A stretch of 64,000 bases of DNA from contig BPJB01000001.1 in assembly GCA_026004395.1 (NCBI GenBank), positions 905,226-969,225 on the forward strand, written 5' to 3'. The position numbers were made by a program, and so were the translations under genes. The notes under the pieces were generated by a model. That model searched no databases and had not been told where the DNA came from. It saw only the letters and a program-made list of their open reading frames with translations. Source of the DNA: Patescibacteria group bacterium. GTDB lineage: Bacteria > Patescibacteriota > Microgenomatia > Levybacterales > UBA12049. Positions 1-10,352 of this stretch are shown here, piece after piece (the first letter of the stretch is position 1; the number at the start of each line of letters is the position of its first letter).

Positions 1-204
1 ACATCTCTTTGCACAGGAACTGCCAATAGATTTTCATCCAATAAATGGGCTGGCACTACGACAACTGGTGAAGAAGTCATCTGCAGTACTACAGGAGTCA
101 GCAGTCAAACTACGCGCGTAGGGTGGCAAGTTGAAGTCAATAATCTTCAACCTGCGGGAAGTTATACAGGAACAGTTATTCTCATTGCAACACCTACTTA
201 TTAA
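1..204 (+). CDS. 3' end of a WxL-like secreted protein (partial, runs off the left edge)
   Basis: Frame 1 is open from base 1 to TAA at 202-204 and ends ...QPAGSYTGTVILIATPTY*. This is the same C-terminal motif as 26267..27019 and 28447..29925. Not in the ORF track. Confidence 0.8.
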   Translation, partial: TSLCTGTANRFSSNKWAGTTTTGEEVICSTTGVSSQTTRVGWQVEVNNLQPAGSYTGTVILIATPTY

Positions 205-211
205 CAAAATC

Positions 212-1156
212 ATGAAGCGGGTATATCCTCTTTCAGTATCAAGAAAATTAAGCCTTTTATTTTTTTTATTGGTTATTATAACTGTTCTGAGTTTATCAAT
301 CTCAGTCATTAAAACTTTAGTTAAAGCACAAAATGCCGGACAGTCTCTTGAGGTTTCTCCTCCTTCTCAAGATATCGAGGCTGACCCCGGAGATACAATT
401 ACAATCAAAGCCAAAATACGCAATCCAAGCAACCAAACTCTTCCTATCTCAGTACATCTTGAAGACTTCACTGCAGTTGGAGAGGAAGGACAGGTGGCAC
501 TCACTCAAGGAGGCAAATATAGTGTGGTGAGTTGGGCAAAAATAAATCCTACAAGATTTAATCTCAAACCCGGCGAGCAGAAAGAAGTAACTGCAACAAT
601 CAATATCCCTCAGAATGCAGCAGGTGGACGATATGGATCATTTATTTTTGCTGTAACTCCCGAGAATAACGAAAATCTCAATACAGCTAGTGTCTCCCAA
701 CAGGTGGCATCACTTTTTCTACTGAGAATTTCAGGTCCTGTAAAGGAAAAATTAGAGCTTAAAGATATTACTGCTCCACGATTTAGTGAATTTGGACCTA
801 TTCCCTTTAGGTTGAAGTTCGAAAACAAAGGCAATGTACATGTTAAAACTTACGGACTTATTAATGTTACTGATATCTTTGGCAGAAAGGTAGCTGATAT
901 AGTGGTCACAGGAACAAATGTCTTTCCTGAAGCAAGTAGAATCATTCAGGCACAGTTAAATAAAACATTGCTTATTGGACCTTTTACAGCTACAGCAATT
1001 ATGTATTATGGCACATCGAATGAGGTGCTCAATGCTACAACTACATTTTATGTCTTCCCTGTCAGAATCGCATTATTGATTATTGTACTTCTTATTATTC
1101 TCTATCTTCTGCGCAAACGCATAACACGAGCTTTTAAAGTGCTCTTTCGAAGCTAA
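212..1156 (+). CDS. DUF916/DUF3324-like (WxL-interacting-like) membrane-anchored protein
   Basis: N-terminal hydrophobic segment; FNLKPGEQKEV...IP..AAGGRYG and FENKGNVH motifs; C-terminal TM plus basic tail. ATG at 212 is preferred because it follows the upstream stop. Confidence 0.75.
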   Translation: MKRVYPLSVSRKLSLLFFLLVIITVLSLSISVIKTLVKAQNAGQSLEVSPPSQDIEADPGDTITIKAKIRNPSNQTLPISVHLEDFTAVGEEGQVALTQGGKYSVVSWAKINPTRFNLKPGEQKEVTATINIPQNAAGGRYGSFIFAVTPENNENLNTASVSQQVASLFLLRISGPVKEKLELKDITAPRFSEFGPIPFRLKFENKGNVHVKTYGLINVTDIFGRKVADIVVTGTNVFPEASRIIQAQLNKTLLIGPFTATAIMYYGTSNEVLNATTTFYVFPVRIALLIIVLLIILYLLRKRITRAFKVLFRS

Positions 1157-1576
1157 ATGAAAAGAACTGTACTAATTGCTTCCATAGGCTTTATTGGCGG
1201 TTTTTTGCTCCACTCATTATTCTTACCTGATTTCCTGACCAACGGAGTTATCTTTCTTCCTCGCGCACCTGTGCAGTCAATTCAAAAAGATAGAATTAAT
1301 GATTCTGAACAAACAGATCCTCTTTTAACTAAAATAGCATTCAATGGATCATCCTTTGAGAGGACAAATGTAACTATTGAATCTTCACGCTACATTGCAA
1401 TTGTCAATATGAGTGAGAACGAAACTATGGATCTTAGATCAGACCTTGCCAATCTCCAAACACCCCGACCTTATGGATATGGTGAGGAGTTAAGGACAAG
1501 ACTTGATAAAAAAGGTCAATTTCTTATCTGGAGTGCCAAAAATCCTCAAGTGCGCATGCTGGTGACAGTCAGATAG
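1157..1576 (+). CDS. Membrane-anchored hypothetical protein, possible cupredoxin-like fold without copper ligands
   Basis: N-terminal TM; FNGSSFERTNVTI...IVN pattern; starts immediately after the upstream stop codon. Confidence 0.55.
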   Translation: MKRTVLIASIGFIGGFLLHSLFLPDFLTNGVIFLPRAPVQSIQKDRINDSEQTDPLLTKIAFNGSSFERTNVTIESSRYIAIVNMSENETMDLRSDLANLQTPRPYGYGEELRTRLDKKGQFLIWSAKNPQVRMLVTVR

Positions 1577-1816
1577 TCATCCTAGATTTCCCAAAAATAA
1601 TTAAGCAGGATAGATGATCATCATTAATAATCTAGTGTAAAAACTATTAAAGCAACTTGATTATCTTAATAAAGCATTGTTGAATCTTTTCTATGACCTA
1701 AGATGTCTTCTAGTTGTTTACTGTATTGTAAAATCGAGGTTATCTTTAAGTGATTTAAAGTAAAAAGTAATAATTCTCTTCCAAATATTCAAATAGTTGT
1801 AATAATCTTCATAAAT

Positions 1817-1852
1817 GAGGTGAAGGCTTTGTGAGGCCAAAGCTTTCACCTC
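1817..1852. repeat. Intergenic hairpin with REP-like ends; possible terminator
   Basis: GAGGTGAAGGCTTTG-TGAGGC-CAAAGCTTTCACCTC: 15-bp stem with one G-T pair, between convergent genes. Confidence 0.55.
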
Positions 1853-1995
1853 TTGCAGTCAGATCAGTCCTAATTCATAGTTGTGACATTTGTAGAAGCG
1901 CAAAAACTGCTTTTAGATTTTTAACTGCTTTTTGCAATGATTTATTTAATGATTTGTAAAGATTATTAAGAATTAACATGAGCATACTTTTCTTT

Positions 1996-2178
1996 CTACA
2001 ATTTGCCTCTTCTCTTTTTTAGAGATCGCAGAAGAAGCCGCAAATGTTTCTCACACACACCATGAGTATATTCCTCATCTTCTCTAAGAAGTGTGTATGT
2101 ATCTTTGGGACACCAGGCACAAGCAAAAATAAGCCTGACCTTATCGCCTGTCGTATACCTGATCATTGATCCAACCAT
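1996..2178 (-). CDS. Small putative zinc-binding protein
   Basis: CAWC...THGVCEKH motif followed by a basic tail. Confidence 0.6.
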   Translation of the reverse strand: MVGSMIRYTTGDKVRLIFACAWCPKDTYTLLREDEEYTHGVCEKHLRLLLRSLKKRRGKL

Positions 2179-2472
2179 CCTATTTTTTGATAAAAGTTAT
2201 CAAAAAGAGAACATCTTCTTCAATTGAAATTGAAGATTAATCTTATTTAAGAAAGAGACTGTACTTCTTCTACTTCTTCCAAAAAAAATCAAGTCTCTTT
2301 TTCTCTTTCTGTTTTCACTCTGTGAAAACAGATTAGCAAGTATCTCATAATTAGTCAAATTTTTCACAAATTTGCATAGAGATATATATCCAAGCATAAA
2401 ATTGTATATTGACAAACTCCAAACTATTTTTGAAAATAAAAATAGCGACAGTTCTTAAAAATTAACTTTTCT

Positions 2473-2757
2473 ATGGACAACCTATTTAATGTCAACCAAG
2501 CAGCATTCATACTCAAGGTGCATCCTCTGACTGTACGCCGCTATATCAAAGAAGGACGCCTTAAGGCAATAAAAGCAGGCGGCAATGTGAGAATTCGCGA
2601 AAAAGATTTAATGGAGTTTAACAGAGACTACACTCCCTCACAACGATCAACCAACTCACCATTTAAGATAAAACTCAATCCTGCCAAAACTTTCAGTATG
2701 GACGATCCTTTCCTAAGACTTAACGGCAGAGGAGCAAGTATCAAGCTGTCGTCTTAA
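2473..2757 (+). CDS. Excisionase-like (HTH_17/MerR-type) DNA-binding protein
   Basis: FNVNQAAFILKVHPLTVRRYIKEGRLKAIKAGGNVRI is a typical HTH_17 signature. Confidence 0.88.
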   Translation: MDNLFNVNQAAFILKVHPLTVRRYIKEGRLKAIKAGGNVRIREKDLMEFNRDYTPSQRSTNSPFKIKLNPAKTFSMDDPFLRLNGRGASIKLSS

Positions 2758-2780
2758 TTTAAAATTATCCAATATTTTCT

Positions 2781-3206
2781 ATGCCTGTTCAAAGCAAAAA
2801 AGTTTATTTGGATGCTAGCAGCTTTGTTGCTTTTATTGACCGCGCGCATGTGAAATATGAGCAAGCAACAGCGTATTTCCGTTACTTTGGTATTGAAGAA
2901 TACCAGCTTTTTACAGACCCAATAACACTCACAGAAGCTTATAACAGACTATATAATGATATTAGTCCCTCTCTTGCCAAGGATTTTTTGCGTGTAATGT
3001 CACTCTCCAATATCAACATGATCTATCCTGACGAATCAGATAACAAAGCAGCTCTGAAGGCTATGATTAATTTTAAATCAACTGATCTTACTTATCCAAA
3101 AGCTATTCTCTCTGTGCTTGCAAATCGGCGTGGAGTGCCACAGGTATGTACATTTGAGTATCTGCCGCAGCTTTTTGGACTGACAATTTTTTATCTACCT
3201 CTCTAG
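2781..3206 (+). CDS. PIN-domain (VapC-like) protein with degenerate active site
   Basis: VYLDASSFVAF...H..A, LTEAY and C-terminal TFE match the PIN layout. Confidence 0.75.
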   Translation: MPVQSKKVYLDASSFVAFIDRAHVKYEQATAYFRYFGIEEYQLFTDPITLTEAYNRLYNDISPSLAKDFLRVMSLSNINMIYPDESDNKAALKAMINFKSTDLTYPKAILSVLANRRGVPQVCTFEYLPQLFGLTIFYLPL

Positions 3207-3337
3207 ACTGTCTATTAATTTATTTAGAGTAAAAAGAGACAGTGAATTTCATCAAATTAAAACTAAATTCAAACAGCAGATTTAATCATAATATATATCA
3301 ATCTATATATTAAGATGATTTAATATATCGTAAATAT

Positions 3338-4405
3338 TCACTTTTGGTGTTGTTTGATCACTTCTTCGTATACCTGAAGATATCCCTCAATCATCTGATC
3401 TAAATTGAATTTTTTAATTGCGTACTCGCGAATTAGTCCCCTATCAAGCTTATCCACCTTTGCCACTGCCTTAGCCATCTCTTCTGCATCTTGTACGAGA
3501 AAACCTGTTCTACCATCTTGGATAACCTCTGATGCCGAACCAAACGGAAAGGCGATTACCGGCGTACCTGATGCCATGGACTCCACCATCACTAATCCAA
3601 ACGGCTCATTCCAGCGAATTGGGAAAAGTGTAGCTACGGCATCAGCTAAAAATTTAGCCTTTTCTTTAGGATCAAAAAGTTCTCCTAAAAATTCTATATT
3701 CTTCCCTAACAAAGGTTTTATCTCATTCTCAAAATATTCTCTATCTCCAGGATCAATAAATGCCGCAATTTTAAGCTGCAATCCTGTCTTTTGGGCAACT
3801 CTGATAGCAGTATCCAGTCCTTTAGTCGGGGTTATTCTTCCAATCCAGGCAAGATAGCCTCCCTTTCCTTCTCCTAAATAAAAATCATCTGTTTTGATAC
3901 CATTATAGACTGTCCTGATGTAATTAAGATGAGGCATTGCTTGACGCTGATTATCTGAGATACTTACAAAAGCATGGTGAGCAAATCTGTTCAGAGTATC
4001 GCGAATATCATCAATATATCCTGATACAAGCTTTTCTTTCTTATACATTGATCCATGAAGCGTATGGACAAAAGGAGTAGAGAAAAGGTCAAGAAAATAC
4101 ATTGTTTGGTATTGACTGTGATTATGTAGAATATCAAACTGCTCCTGAGCAACAATTTTCATAAAACCATGAATATGTCTTAAAAGATTATAGGGATTAT
4201 TTTTGAGTAAAAGGTTATTGCCTAAGGCTCGAGAGTAAGTATAGGCAAGTCGTGCGGAAGTCTGAGAATCTCCTGTTGCAAAAAGGAGCACATCATGACC
4301 TCTCTTGACTAATCCTTCTGTAAGGTTGGCAACAACTGCCTCTATCCCTCCATAACCTTTTGGAGGGATAGCAATCCACGGTGGCGCAATAAGAGCAATC
4401 TTCAT
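3338..4405 (-). CDS. Glycosyltransferase family 4
   Basis: MKIALIAPPW..IPPKGYGGIE; EPFGLVMVESMASGTPVI. Confidence 0.95.
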   Translation of the reverse strand: MKIALIAPPWIAIPPKGYGGIEAVVANLTEGLVKRGHDVLLFATGDSQTSARLAYTYSRALGNNLLLKNNPYNLLRHIHGFMKIVAQEQFDILHNHSQYQTMYFLDLFSTPFVHTLHGSMYKKEKLVSGYIDDIRDTLNRFAHHAFVSISDNQRQAMPHLNYIRTVYNGIKTDDFYLGEGKGGYLAWIGRITPTKGLDTAIRVAQKTGLQLKIAAFIDPGDREYFENEIKPLLGKNIEFLGELFDPKEKAKFLADAVATLFPIRWNEPFGLVMVESMASGTPVIAFPFGSASEVIQDGRTGFLVQDAEEMAKAVAKVDKLDRGLIREYAIKKFNLDQMIEGYLQVYEEVIKQHQK

Positions 4406-4437
4406 ATTCTACCTTCTAAAATTTTTAAACTCTACTG

Positions 4438-5511
4438 CTACTCTACTAGCGAGAGTAAAGCTTGTTCATAGCCATCAACCATCTTCTGAATTGTAAAATG
4501 CTCCTCAACAAATCTGCGACAGTTCCTTCTCTCGATTGATTCTACTTTTTTTACTGCCTCAACCATCTCCTCTTCTGTATTAACGACAAATCCGCTCCAA
4601 CCATCTTTTACTACTTCCGGAACTGCTCCTCTATTAAAAGCTATAACAGGTGTACCACAACTCATTGCCTCAATCATGACCAAGCCGAATGGCTCCTCCC
4701 AAACTATTGGGAAGATAAAAGCTTTGGCTTGCTGATAGAGCTTGAGTTTCTGCTCAAAGGGTATCTCTCCAAAATATTGAATTTGTTTGCCATCAATATC
4801 GCTCTTAAGCTCTTCAAAATAATCTTGATCTCGAATCTTTCCAGCAATCACAAGAGGCATACCAAGTTTTTTGGCAATGCGAATTGCTGCTCCCTGATTT
4901 TTGTGCCTCCCAATCGTCCCCATCATTAAAAGATAATCTTTGGGAGTAGAATTAAATGTGTATCTCTCAACATCCACACCGTTATAGACGGTAGCAAGAT
5001 AATTAAGATCCGGATATTCTTTTCTCTGTGCGTTACTTATGGTAATTATACTCGTATTATACTCTCTAAAAAGCTGTGCAAGCTCTTGAAAAAGAGTAAG
5101 ATGCATAACATTTACTAATGGTTTTCCTAAAAGTTGAGCAACAGGCAGAAATACACCTTCTCCGCGCATATTATTTAAGATAAGATCATATTCATCTTTA
5201 TAAGCAATAAGTTTATGAGCTGCTTGTGAAAGATAGACTATTTCTTTTCTAAGTGTTCGTGATGACTCTATCTGAGAAAGATCCTCTTCACCGGCAAGAT
5301 AACTGCCAGCGACAACATCTCCTCGACCTACCTCAATTACATGCACTTTCAAATCCTCAAAAGCAGCGGCACTACCTCTTGCTGCCACCAGAAATACGCT
5401 GTGTCCTCTCTCAGCTAGTCCAGTTGCTTGATGATAAGCAATCCATTCAGTACCCCCTTGACCGGGAGGAGGTACTGGAAGAGCAACAGAACCAAGAATC
5501 ATTATTCGCAT
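4438..5511 (-). CDS. Glycosyltransferase family 4
   Basis: PVPPPGQGGTE; EEPFGLVMIEAMSCGTPVI. ATG at 5511 is preferred over the ORF-track start. Confidence 0.93.
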   Translation of the reverse strand: MRIMILGSVALPVPPPGQGGTEWIAYHQATGLAERGHSVFLVAARGSAAAFEDLKVHVIEVGRGDVVAGSYLAGEEDLSQIESSRTLRKEIVYLSQAAHKLIAYKDEYDLILNNMRGEGVFLPVAQLLGKPLVNVMHLTLFQELAQLFREYNTSIITISNAQRKEYPDLNYLATVYNGVDVERYTFNSTPKDYLLMMGTIGRHKNQGAAIRIAKKLGMPLVIAGKIRDQDYFEELKSDIDGKQIQYFGEIPFEQKLKLYQQAKAFIFPIVWEEPFGLVMIEAMSCGTPVIAFNRGAVPEVVKDGWSGFVVNTEEEMVEAVKKVESIERRNCRRFVEEHFTIQKMVDGYEQALLSLVE

Positions 5512-5535
5512 AGTATAAAAAGTATTGTACACTAA

Positions 5536-6723
5536 TCAGTGAGAAATACTAGATGAGCGAGATTGCTCTTTTTTGCGAAATTGTTGATACATTCGTTCAA
5601 ATTTATGGGCGATCTTTTCCCATGTAAAGCGCTCTTTAATTGTCTGTCTAGCTCTCTCACCCATTCTAGCTCTAAGTGCATCATCTGAGAGAAGTTTATT
5701 AACCTTCTCAGCAATTTCCCTGGCATTACGCGGTCGTACAAAAAATCCATTTACTCCTTCCTTTACAGCCAGTGGAATACCTCCTTTTCTAGTAACTACA
5801 ACTGGTGTCTTGGTCGCCATTGCTTCAAGAACAACAAGCCCTAAAGGCTCATCCCATACGCTTGGCACCACACAAACATCAGCTCTATAGTAAAGCTTTA
5901 TAAGGCTACTATCGCTGATATGACCAAAAAATTTAACGTTACTTAACTTAAGATCTTTGACTAATCTTTCAAGATTTTCTCTTTCCGGCCCATCACCCAC
6001 AATACCAACTAGTGCATTAATTTTGCGCGCTGCCTGTATGAGATACTTAACTCCTTTATATTTGGTAAGCTTACCTGAAAAAAGTACCAGCCTTTTCCCC
6101 TCCAAAGCATATTTTTTATCTATATCACTTGTATCCATCTTCTCTGGAAAAAGCGAGAAATCTATTCCTCCGGGTATGACTCTTGTCTTCTTGGCAAACT
6201 CATCTGCGAAGACTTTTCTCATCCACTCTTTCGTCCAATTACTATTTGGTACAATACGCGCAGCTCTTCTTAACGCCTCAGCAGTGAGTTGAGGATAACG
6301 TTTATCTTCTTGAAGAGTGGGAAGTTCTGAACCATGAGCAGTAACAATAAAATTCAAACCATATGCTATTTTGACAAAACGAGCAATCCAAGTAAGAGGC
6401 ATAAGATGGTGCACATGCAGAATATCTGGTTGGAATTGATCAACAGCCTGAGCAACTGCTTGAAAGTAGGCAAGGTAATTTCTTGTCAGATCTTTTCCTG
6501 AGACTCTGGTATAAAGTTGACAGTCTGGCCATTCAGGATGTCCTGTAAAAGCAATCTTTACAGGCAGTTTGACTGGATATACTTTAACTCCTTTAAGTTT
6601 TCTCTCATCCGGTGCGACGATTGCAACTTTGTGCCATTTGGCAATCTGTTGTGCCAGCTCACGGCTATATGTTCCCGATCCTGAGCCATAAAAAGGAAAT
6701 GTCTGAAGATAAAGTATTCTCAT
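5536..6723 (-). CDS. Glycosyltransferase family 4
   Basis: DEPLGLVVLEAMATKTPVV; GT-B features. ATG at 6723 is preferred. Confidence 0.93.
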   Translation of the reverse strand: MRILYLQTFPFYGSGSGTYSRELAQQIAKWHKVAIVAPDERKLKGVKVYPVKLPVKIAFTGHPEWPDCQLYTRVSGKDLTRNYLAYFQAVAQAVDQFQPDILHVHHLMPLTWIARFVKIAYGLNFIVTAHGSELPTLQEDKRYPQLTAEALRRAARIVPNSNWTKEWMRKVFADEFAKKTRVIPGGIDFSLFPEKMDTSDIDKKYALEGKRLVLFSGKLTKYKGVKYLIQAARKINALVGIVGDGPERENLERLVKDLKLSNVKFFGHISDSSLIKLYYRADVCVVPSVWDEPLGLVVLEAMATKTPVVVTRKGGIPLAVKEGVNGFFVRPRNAREIAEKVNKLLSDDALRARMGERARQTIKERFTWEKIAHKFERMYQQFRKKEQSRSSSISH

Positions 6724-6753
6724 ATTTTGCAATCGCAAAATTATACCACAGAC

Positions 6754-7470
6754 TTAGTTGATCTTTACAATGCGCATTTTTTGCTTAAGAACAAGGTAGA
6801 GAAACTGAGGAAGTACCACTTGACGCTTGATGCGCCATGGTTGATGGATAAGTCTATATAGCCACTCAAGACCAAGGCTACGAATGAAAAAAGGAGCACG
6901 TTTTACTCTACCACTGAGGTAATCAAAAGCCCCTCCAACACCCATTGCTACTTTGATAGGAAGCATGGGCAAATATTTTGCAATCCATTCTTCCTGCTTG
7001 GGAAAACCAAAAGCCACAAAAAGGATATCCACTCCTTCCTTTGGAAAAGTCTTTACATCCCATTCCTCCCCACTAAATTTGATAATTAATCCTGGATATT
7101 TTTTTCTCAAGCACTCAGCCGTCTTCTCTGCTACTCCATGTCTTCCTCCCAAAAAGCCTACTGTTACAGCATTTTCGGAAGCTTTGGCACAGAGCTTATC
7201 CATGAAATCCACACCTGTTATCCGCTCTCTAAAGGGCTTACCCAAGATACTTCCTGCCAGAAAAAGACCTATCCCATCGCACAAAGCCAAATCAGCCTCA
7301 TTAATAATTCTTTTATAAATTGGATGGGAGAGAGCATACATGACAATTTCAGGATTGGGAGTGACAATCATGCATTTTTTTTTGCCATTTTTAACTCTTT
7401 TTAATACCAACTCTAGGGCATTTTCTTCAGTTATATTAGAAACACCAATTCCAAAAATGTAATTTTTCAC
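6754..7470 (-). CDS. WecB/TagA/CpsF family glycosyltransferase (GT26)
   Basis: TPNPE, DGIG, RITGVD, FGFPKQE, GVGGAFD, RAP, GLEWLYRL..QPWR; AAGGAGGT Shine-Dalgarno before the GTG. Confidence 0.95.
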   Translation of the reverse strand: MKNYIFGIGVSNITEENALELVLKRVKNGKKKCMIVTPNPEIVMYALSHPIYKRIINEADLALCDGIGLFLAGSILGKPFRERITGVDFMDKLCAKASENAVTVGFLGGRHGVAEKTAECLRKKYPGLIIKFSGEEWDVKTFPKEGVDILFVAFGFPKQEEWIAKYLPMLPIKVAMGVGGAFDYLSGRVKRAPFFIRSLGLEWLYRLIHQPWRIKRQVVLPQFLYLVLKQKMRIVKIN

Positions 7471-7755
7471 GATCTACCTCCTTATATATTATAGGATTTT
7501 TTAGTTTTCATTTTATTTTCCTATAGACAGATTATTGATCATTCTCATTATTCATTTATTCTGCCTAATTATGAAGATTTATACTTAATTTTCTGCAATA
7601 AACAGTAAAATATATATTTTTTAGCTATAAGTTATAGTATATTTTTACTTTAATTTTATAAACATACTCTTTTTTATGAAAAATAAAAAATATTTCTCAT
7701 AACTATAAGACAAATAATGTAGCGTTGCTGATATAAGCATATGCGTGGACAGTCC

Positions 7756-8784
7756 CTATTTTCTAGCAATGCTGCGTTTGTACAACTCAATATTCTCCAT
7801 AGCAACACCTGTTCCCTTCACTACACAAAGCAGTGCATCCTCTGCCACATGGCAGGGCACACCGGTAATCTGTGTCATTAGCTTATCAAGATTTTTAAGA
7901 AGAGATGTCCCACCACTCATCACAATACCTTTATCAATAATATCGCTTGCAAGCTCAGGCGGACATTGTTCGAGAACTTGCTTGGGACCTGAGATAATCT
8001 CCATCAGTACAGGTTTTATAGCCTCATTAATCTGAGCTTCATCAAGCTCAACACTGCGTGGAAGACCTGTTATATTGTCTCTACCCCGTATCTCCATTTT
8101 TTTCAGATCTTTTTTTTCTTTTTCTTCAACAACTGCGTTACCTAATTCTATTTTTATCTGCTCGGCTGTTGTTTCACCAATTAAAAGATTAAATTTCTTT
8201 TTGATATAGACAGCAATCGCCTCATCTATTTTATTACCAGCTACCCTCACTGAGCTATGGACGACAACTCCTCCTAGAGAAATAACAGCTGACTCTGTTG
8301 AACCTCCACCAATATTAACAATCATATGTCCAGCAGGCTGTGCAATTGGAATCTTCGCACCAATAGCCGCTGCCAAAGGTTCATCGATAAGATAGGCTAC
8401 CTTAGCACCAGCTGACATAGTTGCATCCAAAACCGCACGCCTTTCAACTTGGGTAACACCCGATGGTATGCAAACCATCACCTCAGGCTTAAAAAAACGT
8501 GACTGACCACAAGCTTTGTCTATAAAATAGGAGAGCATTGCTTCAGTAATAGTGTAATCTGCTATCACCCCATCCTTAAGAGGCCTCAAGGCAACTACAT
8601 TGCCCGGAGTACGACCCAGCATCTCTTTAGCTTCTTTACCAACAGCGACTACCCTATTTTCTTCTGCTGTGACAGCAACGACTGTTGGTTCATTCAGGAC
8701 AATACCCTCACCTACTAGATAAACAAGCGTGTTAGCTGTTCCAAGATCAATGCCTATACGTTTGGATGTGGGAATATTAAACAT
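7756..8784 (-). CDS. mreB: Rod shape-determining protein MreB
   Basis: IGIDLGTANTLV, EPTVVA, RPLKDGVIAD, EPLAAAIGA, GGTSLL. Confidence 0.96.
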   Translation of the reverse strand: MFNIPTSKRIGIDLGTANTLVYLVGEGIVLNEPTVVAVTAEENRVVAVGKEAKEMLGRTPGNVVALRPLKDGVIADYTITEAMLSYFIDKACGQSRFFKPEVMVCIPSGVTQVERRAVLDATMSAGAKVAYLIDEPLAAAIGAKIPIAQPAGHMIVNIGGGSTESAVISLGGVVVHSSVRVAGNKIDEAIAVYIKKKFNLLIGETTAEQIKIELGNAVVEEKEKKDLKKMEIRGRDNITGLPRSVELDEAQINEAIKPVLMEIISGPKQVLEQCPPELASDIIDKGIVMSGGTSLLKNLDKLMTQITGVPCHVAEDALLCVVKGTGVAMENIELYKRSIARK

Positions 8785-9042
8785 AGAGCTTTTCAGTATT
8801 TTGTTTTAAGTTTTTCAAAACACCAACGAACTGCAAATCACAACTTAAATCCAGAGATTAACTCCAATTCCCAAAATATATCAAAATATCTACTTTCTCT
8901 ATCAATTTTGTTTTCAGGCTTGTATAGACCCATTATAAAGAGAGCATATTTTGCTTGCAAGTATTATTTTGCAAAGAGTATAATTGTTGTATCTGATTAA
9001 ATTCAAAAACTAATAGAAGATAGCTGTATACTTTAGTTTAAT

Positions 9043-10260
9043 ATGCGTAAACAACTTCTCTTCTCTCTTTTGATATTGCTTTTTATTCTGACAGGAACTT
9101 TTCTTGTTGTTCTTTACGGCAAAGGATATCGACTAAATATTGGTGAGGGAAAACCCAAAGTTTCCAAAACAGGTCTTTTAGTTGCAACCAGCATACCTAA
9201 TGGAGCACAGGTGTTGATTAATGGCAACCTAACAACTGCAACTGACAGCACAATAGATCTCACACCTGGCATGTATGAAATTGAGATTAAAAAAGATGGT
9301 TATTTCCCTTGGAAAAAACGATTAGAAATTAAAGAAGAGATTGTGACCAAGGCAGATGCACTTCTTTATCCTATTGCTCCAAAACTGGAGAGTATTACAA
9401 CAACTGGCGTACAGAATCCTGTGCTTGATCCTTCTGGCACCAAAATCGCTTTTACAGTGGCATCTCAATCCGCAAGAAGCAACGGTGTATATGTTTATGA
9501 CATGAATGCACGCACTGTACTATCACTGCAATCAGCAGCTAAGTTAATTGCCAATGATACTGTAGCACCTTTTTCAGAAGCCACGTTATCTTGGACACCT
9601 GATGGCGAACAAATAATCGCAACTATTAACACTTCCTCTGGACCAGTCACCTATCTCTTGAATAGTAGTCAGTTCAACGAAAACCCACGCAATGTTACGG
9701 CAACACTTCCAACTCTTAAAGAACAGTGGGAGATTGAGAAAGCAGAAAAAGACGAGGCTCAGGTCGTTGGATTAAAATCAGCATTAAGAAAAATGATCTC
9801 TGATAATTTTCATATTCTCTCTTGGTCACCTGATGACACTAAGATTCTTTATATTGCATCTAAATCTGCCGATCTACCACTAATTATCAAACCTCGAATT
9901 ATAGGAATTGATACACTCAGAGAAGTAAGAAAGATCGAGAAAGGCGGAGTATATGTTTATGATCTTAAGGAAGATAGAAATACCAAAATTCTAGACTCAG
10001 TTCCTGATACTTGTCGTGAAGATATCACAACGTGTGAATTACCCCTTCGCTGGTTCCCAGATTCTAAGCATCTTGTTTATGTACATGATTCAGAAATTCA
10101 CATGTTGGAGATAGATGGCACAAATGATACTATCATCTATGCAGGACCTTTTATTGATAGCTTTGTTTTTCCTTGGCCAACAGGTGAAAAAATGGTTATT
10201 CTGACTGATCTTAACAACCGCCAAATCCTCCCCAACCTCTACACGATAAGCTTAAAATAA
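9043..10260 (+). CDS. PEGA domain protein with TolB-like beta-propeller
   Basis: N-terminal TM; GLLVATSIPNGAQVLING...LTPGMYEIEIKKDGY (PEGA); WTPDG/WSPDD/WFPDS repeats. Confidence 0.85.
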   Translation: MRKQLLFSLLILLFILTGTFLVVLYGKGYRLNIGEGKPKVSKTGLLVATSIPNGAQVLINGNLTTATDSTIDLTPGMYEIEIKKDGYFPWKKRLEIKEEIVTKADALLYPIAPKLESITTTGVQNPVLDPSGTKIAFTVASQSARSNGVYVYDMNARTVLSLQSAAKLIANDTVAPFSEATLSWTPDGEQIIATINTSSGPVTYLLNSSQFNENPRNVTATLPTLKEQWEIEKAEKDEAQVVGLKSALRKMISDNFHILSWSPDDTKILYIASKSADLPLIIKPRIIGIDTLREVRKIEKGGVYVYDLKEDRNTKILDSVPDTCREDITTCELPLRWFPDSKHLVYVHDSEIHMLEIDGTNDTIIYAGPFIDSFVFPWPTGEKMVILTDLNNRQILPNLYTISLK

Positions 10261-10284
10261 CCTCAAATGTATACTTATTGAATG

Positions 10285-10314
10285 ACAAGTATACAGGTAT
10301 ACCTGTATACTTGT
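10285..10314. repeat. Perfect 30-bp palindrome, GTATAC family copy 1
   Basis: ACAAGTATACAGGTATACCTGTATACTTGT, between convergent genes. Confidence 0.9.
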
Positions 10315-10352
10315 TAACTACATCTATCAATCAAATAGCTTAATTTATTCCT

